Positions 11,890 through 24,595 of a stretch of DNA of 64,000 nucleotides are shown here, piece after piece. Positions within the stretch are counted from its first letter, which is position 1. The number at the start of each line of letters is the position of its first letter. Source of the stretch: Monocercomonoides exilis PA203 (lineage: Eukaryota > Protista > Preaxostyla); assembly GCA_001643675.2 (NCBI GenBank), contig LSRY02000018.1, positions 1,240,001 to 1,304,000 on the forward strand, in the 5' to 3' direction. The notes under the pieces are model-generated. The model was not told the DNA's origin. It was given only the letters and a program-made list of their open reading frames with translations, and did no database searches. Position numbers and translations under genes: made by a program.

Positions 11890-14650
11890 TTGATGCTATC
11901 TGTGATAATACTGTTGGTGTTGCGATCTCCGCTGTTAAGGCTTGCGATGGTGAAGATGAATGACGAAACGATGGGTCGAGGGGTTGTAGTGTGTGAAGCG
12001 GAGGAGATCATGGAGAAGGGGCTGAGGATGGATGATGTGGTTCTGTCGCCTGCGGCTATTGAGCTGGTGGTGCTGGAGGAGCGAAAAGAGTAAGAGGAAG
12101 GAAGAGAAGAAAAAGAAGGAGAGTTACAAGATTGTGAAGCAGGAGATGAAGACGAGGTGTTCAGTATTCGCATGCTGTTGCAAAATATCCAAGATGACAA
12201 GCGGATATAGAAGCCGAATAGCGCTCTAGCAGAGCTGATGTAGGAGAATGACAAAATCAATATGATGCTGGAGAAGAAGATTCTAAAGTTGACCGAGAAG
12301 AACTTCACAGAGTTGAAGAAGCTGCAGGAACAGCTGCTGGAGACGCAGGATAAGACTGAATTTATTGATGAAAGGATAGAGAAAGAGAAAAAAGTGCAAG
12401 ACGCAGTTGTGTGTAGTGGTAAGTGTGGATAGCAATCTGTTGCCAGAGGGTTGGGTGTGTCGCTTGCCAAAACTTCATCGTTGGCCTCAGCAGGTCGCGG
12501 AATAGTTCTGTCTTCGGCTTTATTGATTCTGCCTTCAGGGCTGCATGAAAAGTTGTAGGAGAAGTTAATAGAGATCATCAAAAATGGAAGTGCTGCGATG
12601 CTTGGGCAAGATCCGAACAGGAAGGTTGTTACTGTGAAAGTCGGGAGCGAGATGAGTGTTGCATGAGAAGAAGACAGAGGTCGGGCTGAGAGTGCAGGAG
12701 GAAGTGGTGGAGGAGGCGAATGAGGAGTGGATGCAACAGTGCAGGAGAAAATGAACAAGATGGAGAAGGAAATGAAGATGCGGACAGTGATGATGAAAGT
12801 GCAGGAGCAGACGATAAGCGAGCAGAAGGTGATGTTCAATAATGTGACTGAAAAGCTAAAGACGGGGCTAATACAAAGCGAGAAAAAGCAGAAGAAAATG
12901 AAGGTGTTATACGAAGAAATTGTGGAGAGGTAGGTTAAGCAGGCTAAGGAGCTGGAGGAGCAGGTTTTGCGGGGGGAGATTGGCGGTGGCAGGGAAGGAA
13001 GGGCAGAGGAGAAACGGGGGAGAAGGAAAGTTGGGGCAGGGAGGAGGAGGAGGAGCAGCAGAAGCGGAGGGGGAGAATATAAGGAGGCATAGGAGGGGGA
13101 AAAGGCAGAAGAAAGAGATGCGGGTGCGGTGTATGGGATTCAGCTGTCGCTGCATGAGGATGCGAAGAGAGAGCGGGAAGACTGGATGCCAACTGGGGCA
13201 GAGGAAGGGGCAGGGAAGGCGACTGTTGCGCAGCGGCTGAACATGCTTCTTGAGCAGACGACAGACAGCCGAGACCGGGAAGAGTCGGAGTGGCCAGTGT
13301 CTTCGTGTGGTGGAACGGGGGCAGGGCAGCCTGGGGAAGGTGGGGTGTCTTTGCCGGTGGGGCCGACAGCGATGGAGCGGCTGATGAGCGCAGTGTCGGG
13401 GTCGCTGGGGCAGGTGGCGTACGAAACGGCGCATGTGCATTGGATGCCGCACATATATAAGTTGCATATTCCGATTCAGCTGAGTCAGCAGTTTCCAAAG
13501 ACAGGACTTAAGCAGAAGCAGGCGTGGACGCTGTCGAAGATTCAGGGGGTATATGGAGACAAGATATTGGCAGATTTGAGCGACTACAGAGCTTGCCGGG
13601 AAGGTGTGGTGCTTTCAATACAGGCCAAGAAGACTTTGAGAATATGTGATCGTGGGAGAAGTGCTCGGAGATATAGAAGAAAAATGTTGTGCTGATGGCA
13701 ATGATCTGCTTGATGTAACTATTCCGAAAGGAATTTGCGGAGGTGCGGCTGTTAGGAAGCATGTTCCGCAGGAGTTTTCCGAAGGCGAGCTGTCGTTCTT
13801 CCTGTACTGCTACACGGTTCTGTTTGAAAGCATTAAGACGTGGCAAGCTGTGGAAAAAAACGAAAACTTCCTGATGGTATTGTTCAAGGTGTATTAGAAT
13901 GCATCAGCACGGTGCTTGAAGTGCCGTCGGAGAATAAGATCAAGATGTCTTTTGGGGAGTTTGATGGGGTGAAGTCGGAGAATGGGGAGTTCGACGCATC
14001 TGTGTTTCTTGGATAGCTGTTGAATTACTACCGGGCAGAGGCAGTGAAGCGGAAGGAGGAGATGAAGAAGCTGCATGGTGTGATATGCAGTTGCGATATA
14101 TTGACTTTATCATCAGGCACAGTGTTCAGAGAGATCACGTACTCTGAGCTGGAGTCTCTTCTGCGTGCGCGCTATCCGCAGATGCAACAGGCGCTGTCGC
14201 AACAATCCTTCTGAGATGCATCCCATCTGTCGAGGTGCTTTCTGCCATCGTTTGCGTCTGTGCTGGAGGCGTGCTAGCCTAACAACTTCATCGCGCTATT
14301 CCTGCGACTGCAAGACATGCTTGTTTCAACCGATAGACAAGTGTTTCTATCACCTTTATAGAACAGTGCAGCTGCGGAGACGGTGAAATGGCACCTTGTG
14401 CTGCTGAAGCCTGCACTGTACGACCTTTGTATGTGCTTTCGGAGCTATCTGCAGGGATAGGGTTGAAGCTGTGCGCGAACGCTGTATAGTAGGCGGTGGG
14501 GAAGAAAGAATGGCGGAGGGCGCTGTTTCGAATGGCGCGGCTGCTGGTGGAGCTGGTGGGGCTGCAGCTGGGGAGGAACGAGGTGGGAGTTTTATTTTCT
14601 TTGGTCCGCTTCCGCTGGGCATGTAGTGCGTGGTGAAGATTCATGAGGCA
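11890..14650 (+). pseudogene. GC-rich decayed coiled-coil/Gly-rich gene fragment carried inside the TIR element
   Basis: One frame stays protein-like from 11890 to 13695 through 9 internal stops; further broken frames at 13646-14214; sharp GC step relative to flanks; no family recognised. Confidence 0.6.
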
Positions 14651-15019
14651 ATAATGTTGTTGAAGGAGGGATAAGAAGGCTATGCCTTTCCAACTGCTTT
14701 GTCGGAATTGCCATTATTAATGTTATCTTCTTTTCCTTTTTAATTTTCTTCCTGCCTCTTTTTCTTTCTCTTCTTTTTCTTCAAATCTTTAACACTCTGT
14801 TATTTTGGAATCTCCATTTTTCTTCCCAATTTGCTTTTGTTCCATCCAACAGCTCATTTTCCCAAAATTCTCCTTTAATAATTCACATCAATTTTCTTTC
14901 AAAGTATATTTTGAAAGAAACAAATATTTTATCAATCTTTTTTATGAGTTTTTTCTCAATAAATACTTCTAAAAAAAATGTTTGAAATGCAGGAAATGAA
15001 GGAGTTAAAGAAGTTTTTT

Positions 15020-15870
15020 CTGAATTTCTTGAACAATTATTGAATGAGGAGATTTCAACAGAAATTATTACAGAATCAGAATCTTGTATCACAATGTTGT
15101 ATCCTTTTAATAGCTTCACATCATCAGCTACAACCCAATTAAATGTAACTTCTTTGCTTTGTCCAATTTCAATGATATCTGATGTTGCCTCAATATGCTC
15201 TAATTTCACATTCATCAACGAAATCTGATCCCCACGAAGCACGAATGAAGGCTTGTAGAATGAAAGCATTGTTATCGAGCAGTTATCAACATGCAGAACT
15301 TTATTTTCGATGGTTAACAATGTTGGATTGAGAATAACAGATTCAATATTTTCTGATTGGACAACCGAAGAAAAATAAACAGATGAAAGAGAAAGTTGTC
15401 CGTTTGTTTCATGAATGATTGAATTGCCTGAATATGAAAACGATTTCCCAAAATTGAATTTCAATCTTTCAATTCGAATATTCTCTGTGGTTGTGATAAG
15501 GCTTCCCGCATTGCTGACAATCGTTAAGTTCAGATTGATCAGAGCGGTTGAGGGAGATTTCAACGAGTGAATGCTAACATTTTGCAAACTGCATTATCCA
15601 TTGATGATGGTTTCCTCCGATATCAATAGTTGCGAATATGATGAAGGAATGATGTGTTGAACTCCAACATCCAATGAATAACAGGGAGCACTCAACTCTC
15701 CACATTGTTTGCTATCTGCGTGATTGTCTGCAGTTATAGACACAAATATCGTCTCACTCTGGTATCTCATAACCCTCAGCAGAAGATATACTTCACCAAT
15801 AAACGAGTCGGTTGTGCATCCCCACATCGCCAGCTCTTTCTCAAAAGGTGCTCAGAAATCTGTAACACAT
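15020..15870 (-). pseudogene. captured internal fragment of a beta-helix surface-protein gene (same broad family as the host gene)
   Basis: IFVS...DSKQCGELSAPCYSLDVGVQHI matches the VFVS..D...CG....PC.S module of the host gene; ORFs 15594-15827 and 14883-15587 share a frame separated by one TAA; no start, signal peptide or TM. Confidence 0.75.
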
Positions 15871-16367
15871 TTGAAACACTAAAAAAGAAAGTGTCAAAAT
15901 TAATTAAACATAAAGAAAAACAAATAGCAAACCATCAATTTTTTAAAATAATTTTGTTCACTCCAACTTGTGCAAGCTGTATTTGCTTCCATGAAAGATG
16001 ATATTCAATCTGAGTTTAAAAAAATTCTGATTAAGTTAAAACTTAAGTGATCATCAGAATATTTGTTTATTCCTTTAAAAAATCTAAACAAACCATGAAC
16101 AATTCATGAAGTTGCAAATGCAAAATAGTTCAACATAATAAAACTCTTTTTCATTGTGAAACAAATAATTAAATTTTGATCAAAAAATCAGATATATAAT
16201 TTTTTGTGACAAAATGTTTTTTCTCATTTTGAAGTTTGCAATGAACTGATAAGCATTATAGTGAATTTTTTCGTTTTTGATGAGAATAATGGTAACGGAA
16301 TGAACAATAATTAACTTCAATGGGTCAAATATTTGATCTGATGTCACTTTTCAAAAAAATTTTGCCA

Positions 16368-19300
16368 TATCAATCTTTCCCTCCCCATCGCTCCCACATA
16401 TCGAGTCCTTCCCCTTCAGCGCTTCCTGGTCGAAATCCAGTTCAAACAGTCTTTCATTCAATTGTGAATCAATCGAATCACATCTGATGAACACATCCTT
16501 CCCCACAAACGCATCATTCATCATGAATCGGATGTTCTCCAATCTCAATCCAATTGGTAACATTTCTGTGTTGGTGTTCTTCTCATTTGGATCAAGTGCG
16601 TCAATCATCATCCCTCCTCCCCTTCCTTTGCCTGTTGAGCACACACACATCCCTAATGAACATCCACTCACTTTCAACTCCGACACTCCTCTCTTCAACA
16701 GCATCTTCATCCCTCCTCCTTCCACACTCTTCTCACTCATGCACTTCGTCATTATGCATCCTTCCACCACACACTCCATCCCAGCTGAGAACGATCCTGC
16801 ACTCATCACACATGCTCTGTTATCAAAACATGTGATGTTCGTAAACGAGGAGCAATTCACTTTCACTGTTTGTTTTGTGTTCTCCATTGCATTGTTGATC
16901 AACATATTTGCTGTGGATGACTGACTCAGTGACATCAGACTGCTTTCAGATATCGTTATGTTCGATATCGACATGTTCATCACATCAACAGTGTTCACAT
17001 CTGTTGTGAATTCCACGAACCCTTTCGCCAACAGGAACTGAGAAAGTGTGCAATCCTCAATCGCCACACTCCCTCCATCTGCTTTTATCAGACAATAATT
17101 CACTTTCATTGTTTCATCCTCACAAATAAATGAGCACCTCACAACTGAAAGTGTTGCAGAGGAGGTTGAAAATGATTGAATGAGCGAAGAATATCTCCCC
17201 AATTCATTTGGTAAACAAAATGACAAATTCGTGAATGAAACAATAATATTCGATGCTATCATTCCCCCTCCTTCTCCTTCACCTTCATTCCTTCCACCCT
17301 CACTCACTTTCAGATCTGTTCCTTCTCTCTCTCCCTCAACGGAAACAATTGGTATGGTTAACGATGATGACAGCAGTGACATTGATTTCTGAAGCAATCC
17401 TGATCTGACTATTTTGATGTGTGATTCGCCTTCTCCAAGTGTTGAATATCTCAGTGATTTCAGATAGTCAATTGATGAACATGGTGCTTCTGAATGCCCA
17501 CACCCACTGAAGTCTCCTCCTTTCTCCTTTGAAACAAACCCATCCCCACTCCAATTATCCCACAAATACACAACAAGTGGAATCACATATCTCTCCTCTC
17601 CTGTCATCTTCCTCTCCCATCCACACAACTCATCCAATGACTTCAACTCCCCTTCACTCATCTCCCATTTGAAGTGCTCCTTGTTCACAATCTCTCTCAG
17701 ATCCCATCCTGACACAAACACGTTCCTTCCTTTCCAAGCTTCGCATCCCTCAAATGTCATTCCTTCCATCACAAAGGATCCTAACTCTTCTGGAAGTTCA
17801 GCAAATATCCCTCCTCCTAATCCTCCTTTTTTCTCTGAACTATCCTCTGATGGAACTTCACATCCTGATAAATTCACATTTTTCATTTCCAAACTTCCTT
17901 CACTTCCAATTGATATCATCATCCCTCCTCCTTTCATTCCACTTCCACCTGAACATCTTGAGGATATATTGCTTTCTTCAATTTTCACATTCCCATTAAC
18001 GCCCATCCCAACATTCAAGCATCCCCCTCCTCCATTTCCACCTGCCATATCCACCTCCACTCCATTCATTCTGCTGTTCAATATCTCCAGTTTCACTCCA
18101 CTTGTCATTGTGATTGGTGATTTCCTATTCATCTTCAGTGTCACTCCACTTTCCATCACAAATCCATCAACAATCAGATTTCCTCCTGCCATCTCAATGA
18201 TGCTGTATCCTATCTTTCCATCAGTCAATGCCCCACTTTCAAATGAGACTGAACAGTTCGTCACACTGAGTGTTGATGATGTTGAATGGATGAATGCACT
18301 TCTCCTTGAATTCAGCTGACCTTTCACAACAAATGAAAGTCTGCTCATTGTCAGTGAACTCGAACATCCAACGAGCCAATCTTGTGTGTCTGATCCTCCA
18401 TCACTTACATTCACTCCCATCCTCTCTCCATCGGAAGAAACTATTCTGCCTGAAATTAACACACCAAATGATGGTACTGTGATTTCCTTGGTTATTGACG
18501 AAGGTGAGATAACCTCTATTTCATTCACAGTGCTGCTCAATCTTGAGTTCGCACAATAATCAACTGTCTGGCACCTGAATGCCTCAAATCCACAATGGTT
18601 GTGATCCATCCCATTTCCTCCACTCCCATCAACAATCACCTTTGTTCCCATTGTGCACAAATACACAAACAGTGGAATAACTTCATTTTCATCCCCATTA
18701 TCACTCCCACTCAGTTTCAACACATCTGATGGAATCGACAGTGGAGTGAAGAATGCAAATGAGCTGGTATTCACTTTTGACTCCAAAAACACTCCACTCC
18801 CACAACTCACAAACACATCCTTCCCATATGTGGCATTATTCTCAATCACTTTCGAAAATTCAATATTCTCTCCAATTGTCAATCCACATCCCCCACTCTC
18901 CATCTCCACAAACATCCCTCCTCCTCTCCCTCCATTTCCTTCAATTCCCACTGCAACACATCCATCGATCACACTCATTCCATTCATCACAACTTCCCCA
19001 TTATCTGTCAAACAAACACAAATTCCCCCTCCATTTCCTTCTTCACACACGCAATTTTCAATCGACACATTCTGCACAGAAAATTTCTCTCCTCCCTTTA
19101 TACTCTTTTCCACCACGACTCCATTTCCTTCTGTTGTCCGATTCACATTTCGAACTGTCACATTCACTAGCATTCTCTCTCCGGATGTTGATCCTGCTGA
19201 TGATGGTTCAACAAACAGTTGCTGAGATATTTTCATGTTTTTGATCTCAACGTCACTCATCCTCAATTGCGACAGAGCCATCACAAATACCGATGAAGAT

Positions 19301-21570
19301 ATTACGCTCTCTTCTGATATTGAAGAATTGATCAGAACATCCTCCAGTGAAAGTGTCCCACTCCCAGACGAAACGACAAACACACTCGGAGATGAGCTCC
19401 TTGTCGTGTTGTGATCGATACCCAAATGTTGAACATTCAACTGCCCACTCTTCACACTGAACAGTGTTGTTGAAGATACAGAAAGCGATTTTGTTCCAAT
19501 CAGACTTTCTTCTCTTCCATTCCCCACAACACTAATTATCTTATCTCCGATGTCAATTGTTGAGATTTCGCTTTGATGTTTCCCACTAAGGACTGTGATT
19601 GTCGAGCTCGATTGCATCAAACTCACAAAAACAACAAACTCCACTGTTTTGCACGGCACTGCCTCGCTCATCCCACACAAACTCCTCGTGTCGTCTCCAT
19701 TTTCCCCAACAAACCGATTCTTTGGCCCTTCCTTTAACCACCATTTCTTTTCTGTCATTTGAAGACTACTCCCATTGTAACACACTCTCTCATCATTTGT
19801 ATTTGTCGTGTACGATTCATAGAACGGATTGCTTGACGAAAAGAGGTTGTTATCATCTTCAAAATACACATCATGGCCATATGGAGTGGAACTTGTGCAA
19901 TTGCAATTGTGAAAAAAGATGAAATGGCAGTAATGACTGTTGCTCGAAACTGTTTCCATTTGTGGGTCCAAAAGCAAGCCTCCTCCATATGACGATGCAT
20001 TGCATGAAATAAACTGAATGCTCCTCATTTTGAATTCACTTGGAATATTGCGACAGGACAAGCCTCCACCATTATCATTCACAACAGAGCACGAAATGAA
20101 GCGGCAATCAAACACACATGCACTCTCACCTCCTCCGTTTTCTGATTCAATGCAGTTTGTTGCTGAAACCTGAAAGTTGTCGAGATTAATCCCTCCTCCA
20201 TTGCTTGTTGCTTTGCAACTCTTGAATTCGCATCTGCTTATCCGAACGCATTTTGAAATTGTAACAACATACATTCCTCCTCCAAAATGGTTTTGAGCCG
20301 TACATGAGTTGAATGTATTGTATTCTATGTGAGCAGATTTAACTGAATGACACATTATTCCCCCTCCGCGACTGTGCGCAACGCATTCATTAAAGGAACA
20401 GTGAGAAACAGAAAGTTCTCTATTCCCCAAATTTACCATGCATATAGCCCCTCCATTCGATAATTTGTCTGTAGAAGAATCACTCTTTCCTGTTGTGCTC
20501 GATCCGTTCCACTCGCACCAAGTGAATATATTTGCTCCATTGTCTGTTATGTTCTGTCTCCCTGGTTTAAACGGTACCTCTGCTGTTCCATTAATAACTG
20601 CATTTCTTGCCCTTCGACACTCTATGAACGAGGTGTTTGAGACTGTCAAAGATGCAAAGGGGTTATTTATTGAAGGAACAATTCCCCCATCATACACATC
20701 ACAGACTGATGAAAATGAGCAATCATTGATCAAAGTGTTTGATCCACATCGCAAAGATGAAGTGACAAATCTGTGTGTTGGAGCTGTTGAAATATTGGAG
20801 AAAAACAAATTAGTGAGTGAAACACTCTCAACATTTGAAGAAGACAGAAATGGAGGTGAAGAAGTCTGGAATGAAGAAAATTCAGATGAGAAAATTGAGA
20901 CAAAATTGGAAGACTGGCTTTTTAAATCACTCAATTTTGTGGAGAAAAGAGGAGGCATTTGAGTTTGTTGTGAATTCCAAAATCGAAGTGTCAAGTTTGC
21001 CAACAATAATCGACTCCCACACAAATCAAATGGGCTTATTCCATTTCTGACTTCAAAACGGCACCCGATGACCATTGCAACACTTTTAATGCTTAAGGTT
21101 ATAGAACTTGTATTTCCATTTCCTATCAAATCCAGATTCGCGCACGAAAGAGACGAGTTACTCAGAATAACATGGCTCATCACTTTGCTTTCTTCAAGGC
21201 TCGTCCAAATCCTCTTTCTGTTGCGCACATAAACATTTTGTGCATCTCCTTCAATTAAGTCAACATTCCTGTTTGTGTTTGTGTTTGGAAATTCAATTCT
21301 GTTGTTCTGATTCTTTCTCCATTTACCTTTCCATTCCACAGGCTCATAGTATTCAGGCTTGTTCTCGTTGTATTGAACTTGAATGTGAGTTTTCTTTGTA
21401 TTGGAACTATTTTCAGTTTCCATTGAAGCTATTGAAGCATCTGCAGGAATTATTTGCAAAATATTCAAATCACGAATTATTCCAATTTTGTCGTTTGTAG
21501 CATCTTCGTGAAAGCAATGTCCGTAAATTATACTCCCCAAAATAGCAGCGATAGAAATCAACAAATTCAT
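16368..21570 (-). CDS. 5' half of the transposon-interrupted giant surface protein gene: signal peptide plus Pmp-like/pectin-lyase-like parallel beta-helix repeats
   Basis: ATG at 21570 (MNLLISIAAILGSIIYG); repeated GG(A/G)(I/M/L) motifs preceded by FxxC; recurring CG....PC modules; 1734 open codons to the junction; the terminal MAKFF* is read from the TIR. Confidence 0.9.
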
Positions 21571-22769
21571 TTTGGCGTGCAAAATGGATTTTCTTTTTTC
21601 TTTTTAGAGATCAATTATTATTAAGGGTCATATTGATCATAAATATTATAATCAGATTTTCAACTGAAAATAGATTTGTCTTTCATTTCATTCCTTTCGC
21701 AATAAAAATGAAGAAAATAAATAGCGCATGTTGACCTCTTTCGTTTTTCCTTCATCATTATTTCAGTTATCTTCTCAAAATATGTTCCTTTTCGAAGTTT
21801 TCATTTCAGAATAATGATGATGATATTTGAAAGTCTTCAGAATATCGAGAAACATATGTCACTTATTTTTTCTTGCAATTTCACAAAAAAGAAATCTTTT
21901 GAAGCAACTCTAAAAGAAATTTGTTTTTCATGATCTCCAATTCTCATTTTTCCATGTTTATTTTTCAACTTCATTCTTTTTGATTGTTCTCAATTATATG
22001 GTTGGTATCCTCTTTCCATTGAAAAAAGTGCCTCTTTATCAATTGAAGTGGAAATATCTTGCGGTATATCACGAAAAGAAATTGTTTTTTTTAAAAGAAC
22101 ATAAAAATTGCTTCAGTGATAAGAAGCAGCAAAAACCAAGGATTCATCAACCATGTCCCAAATGTTTCAAACGTTTTATGCTTCCTTTCTGAAAAGACGT
22201 GAAATCCGAATTCTCAGTCACCTGAACTTGAAATGACTGAATGTTTGAAAGAGATAAATTAGATTGAACAAAAGGCTAAATAAGAATAAATAATTGAAAT
22301 CCGATGCACAAAAGAAGATGCAGCAGTGAAAATAGTTGCTTGAGTTTTTCACTCATGAAAACGCAAGGAGACGGTTGTTGATGTGTTTTTTCGTTCTTCT
22401 ATGAATACATGACCAAAAGAAACAAATTACGTGATTAATTTGCCTTTTCATATTTCTTTATAATTGAAATACCGAATATCGTTATCCTTGGCTGTTTTGA
22501 AGAGATTTATATGGAAAAAACAAAACAAAAAATTGTTCAAATATTTCTGCCCATATCAAAATTTTATTATTTTTGATTGAAAAAAGATTCTTTTTTCGAA
22601 GGGCAACAACGTGTGAATTTTCATAACTTTTTGTTTGGAGTGCAAATTTCGTTTGGAACCTTTTTTGCTCACAGACTTACAAAAATCTGGTGCACAATTG
22701 CCATTTTATTTGCTTCTTTTTCATAGGTCACCTTTCGAGCCTTCACCTCCTCAGCAAACATACGTGATA

Positions 22770-24013
22770 CTCTTTCTGATGGGAACAAGGAAGTTGATAA
22801 AGCTCCGAATGAACTGTGCAAAACCTTTGAGGAATGAATTTGAAAGATAAATTACTTCGTGGTGTACTTTCATGTGGTTTTGACACACCATCTCTTGTTC
22901 AGCAGATGGCCATCAAGCCAATTATTTGAGGACGCGATGGTTTTTGCAGGCTCAGTCAGGACAGGGAAAACATTTTGCTTAATTGATTGCTTGTTTGCAG
23001 ATTGCTGATCCTTCTCTGCACTTCATCCAAGCAGTGATTATTTCTCCAAGTCGCGAATGTGCATCGGGTGAGTTTTGAGTGTGTGCACTTTTATGTTGTT
23101 ATACACAATAATTTCGCTTATTTCTTTTTTTTCAGGCAATGAAGGGACTTGCAAAATACATTAGAGGAATCCACATTTATTGCATTTTCGATGAGGACCA
23201 CGTTCATGAAGCTGCACGAAAAGGAGCCGAGAAGCCTCAGCACATGATTATTGGAGGTCCCGAGATTGTGGAGAAGATAATATATTCTGAGGTTATTGAT
23301 GTTTGGCATCTACGAATCTGTGTGCTTGATGGAGCATGTGCATATCTTTCAAAAGAGTGTAATGTTATGATAAAAGACATTAACTCATTTTCCCCTGAGA
23401 TAACGCAATCGTTTGTGATCGTCAACAGGATGCCAGTTGAATTCAATAAAATCGCTCGATTGAATTTTATGTTATTTGATTCGAATAATGATTTCTTTAG
23501 AAGAATTTTCACCTGATAGAATTCGACAATTCTATGTGGATGTTGTGAAAGAAGAATACAAGAAGGGAGTGCCATTCGGTCTTTTTGAGACAATTCCCAT
23601 TGCTGGATATGTCACCATCTGCAATTACCAAGAGAAAGTGGATTATATCACAGAAGCGATAAGAAGTTGAAAGTTTTCAATGGATTCGATTCGTGAAAAA
23701 ATCGGAAAAAGAAGACAGAGATCGCATTGTGAAAGATTTCAGAGAAGGAAAAATCAAAGTACTTGTGGCAACAGATTTATTAGCGCATAGCATTGATGTG
23801 CAGCATGCTTCGTTTGTTGTGAATTTTGACTTGCCAATTAATGTGGAACCATTCATTCACAGAGTTGAAAGATCCGGCTGCCATGAAGGGAAAAGTTATG
23901 TAATTAACATGGTTACTGAAGCAGATGAGAAAATGCTGAAGGACATACAGGAATACAACGAAACAAAAATTAAAGAGCTTTTTGCAAATATTGATGAATT
24001 GCTTTTGAAATAG
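22770..24013 (+). pseudogene. eIF4A: eIF4A-like DEAD-box helicase pseudogene
   Basis: Q-motif region LLRGVLSCGFDTPSLVQQMAIKP, AQSG.GK, SPSRE, and C-terminal FREGKIKVLVATDLL/VVNFDLP/FIHRV; several stops and frameshifts; intron ending at 23136; DEAD box reads DGAC. Confidence 0.8.
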
Positions 24014-24595
24014 CAACAGAGGAATGGACATGATAAAGAAATTATGAATTATTCAAAGAAGGGGAAAACAAGCATTTGAGAAGAGAAAGAGGTTTTGAAG
24101 ACTGTGTTGGAAATGAAGAAGAAATGAAATGCAAATAATCATTGTTTGGAAAAGGAGAAATTATTGAAATTATCAAATAATTCGATATGCTGCAAAGAAT
24201 AAGGATTGAAAGTGAAGATATTTTGTTATTTAAAGGCAACTTCATAAAATGTTCAGCGGTGTAAAAGTTATATATAATTCTTTTGTGCTGATCTTTTGAC
24301 GTTTTGAGTTTATTTTCTTTTATTTTGGCTGTGATATTTCCTTTCATGTTTTGTCTATGAGTTTGATGTTTGAGTTATTTTTTCTTTTCCTTTTCAATGA
24401 GCTTTTTTGTTGACTTTTGCTTAATTATTTAATTCGTGCGATACTCAGTACCTTTGAAGAATTACAGTTTCTCAGAAATGAAATGTTGATTCTGCCCACT
24501 TTTTTTTTAAAATGCCGTATAATAAAGTTTTTATCAAAAATAAAAGTTTCTCTGTCTTGCTTAGGACGGAAACATAAACGTGGAAATTTTGTTGC

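Larger units (their letters stand above)
10927..16367. mobile_element. 5.44-kb non-autonomous TIR element carrying captured gene fragments (Pack-type), inserted in a coding exon
   Basis: Perfect 22-bp TIR TGGCAAAATTTTTTTGAAAAGT (10927-10948 / 16346-16367); flanking duplication TA (or ATAT with GGC...GCC ends); shared subterminal block TTG(A/T)TCATTCCGTT(C/A)CCATTATT at both ends; excision restores ...GKID-IDLIPR... in frame. Confidence 0.9.

Noticed and set aside
11880-13498. Minus-strand ORFs (319, 186, 184 aa) as a transposase or gag
   Set aside because: They are antisense to the plus-strand decayed frame and show no DDE, zinc-knuckle or RT motifs.
10927-16367. Insertion acting as a spliceable intron (introner)
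   Set aside because: On the coding (minus) strand it starts TGGCAAAA and ends TTTTGCCA; no GT donor/AG acceptor pair at the ends that would restore the frame.
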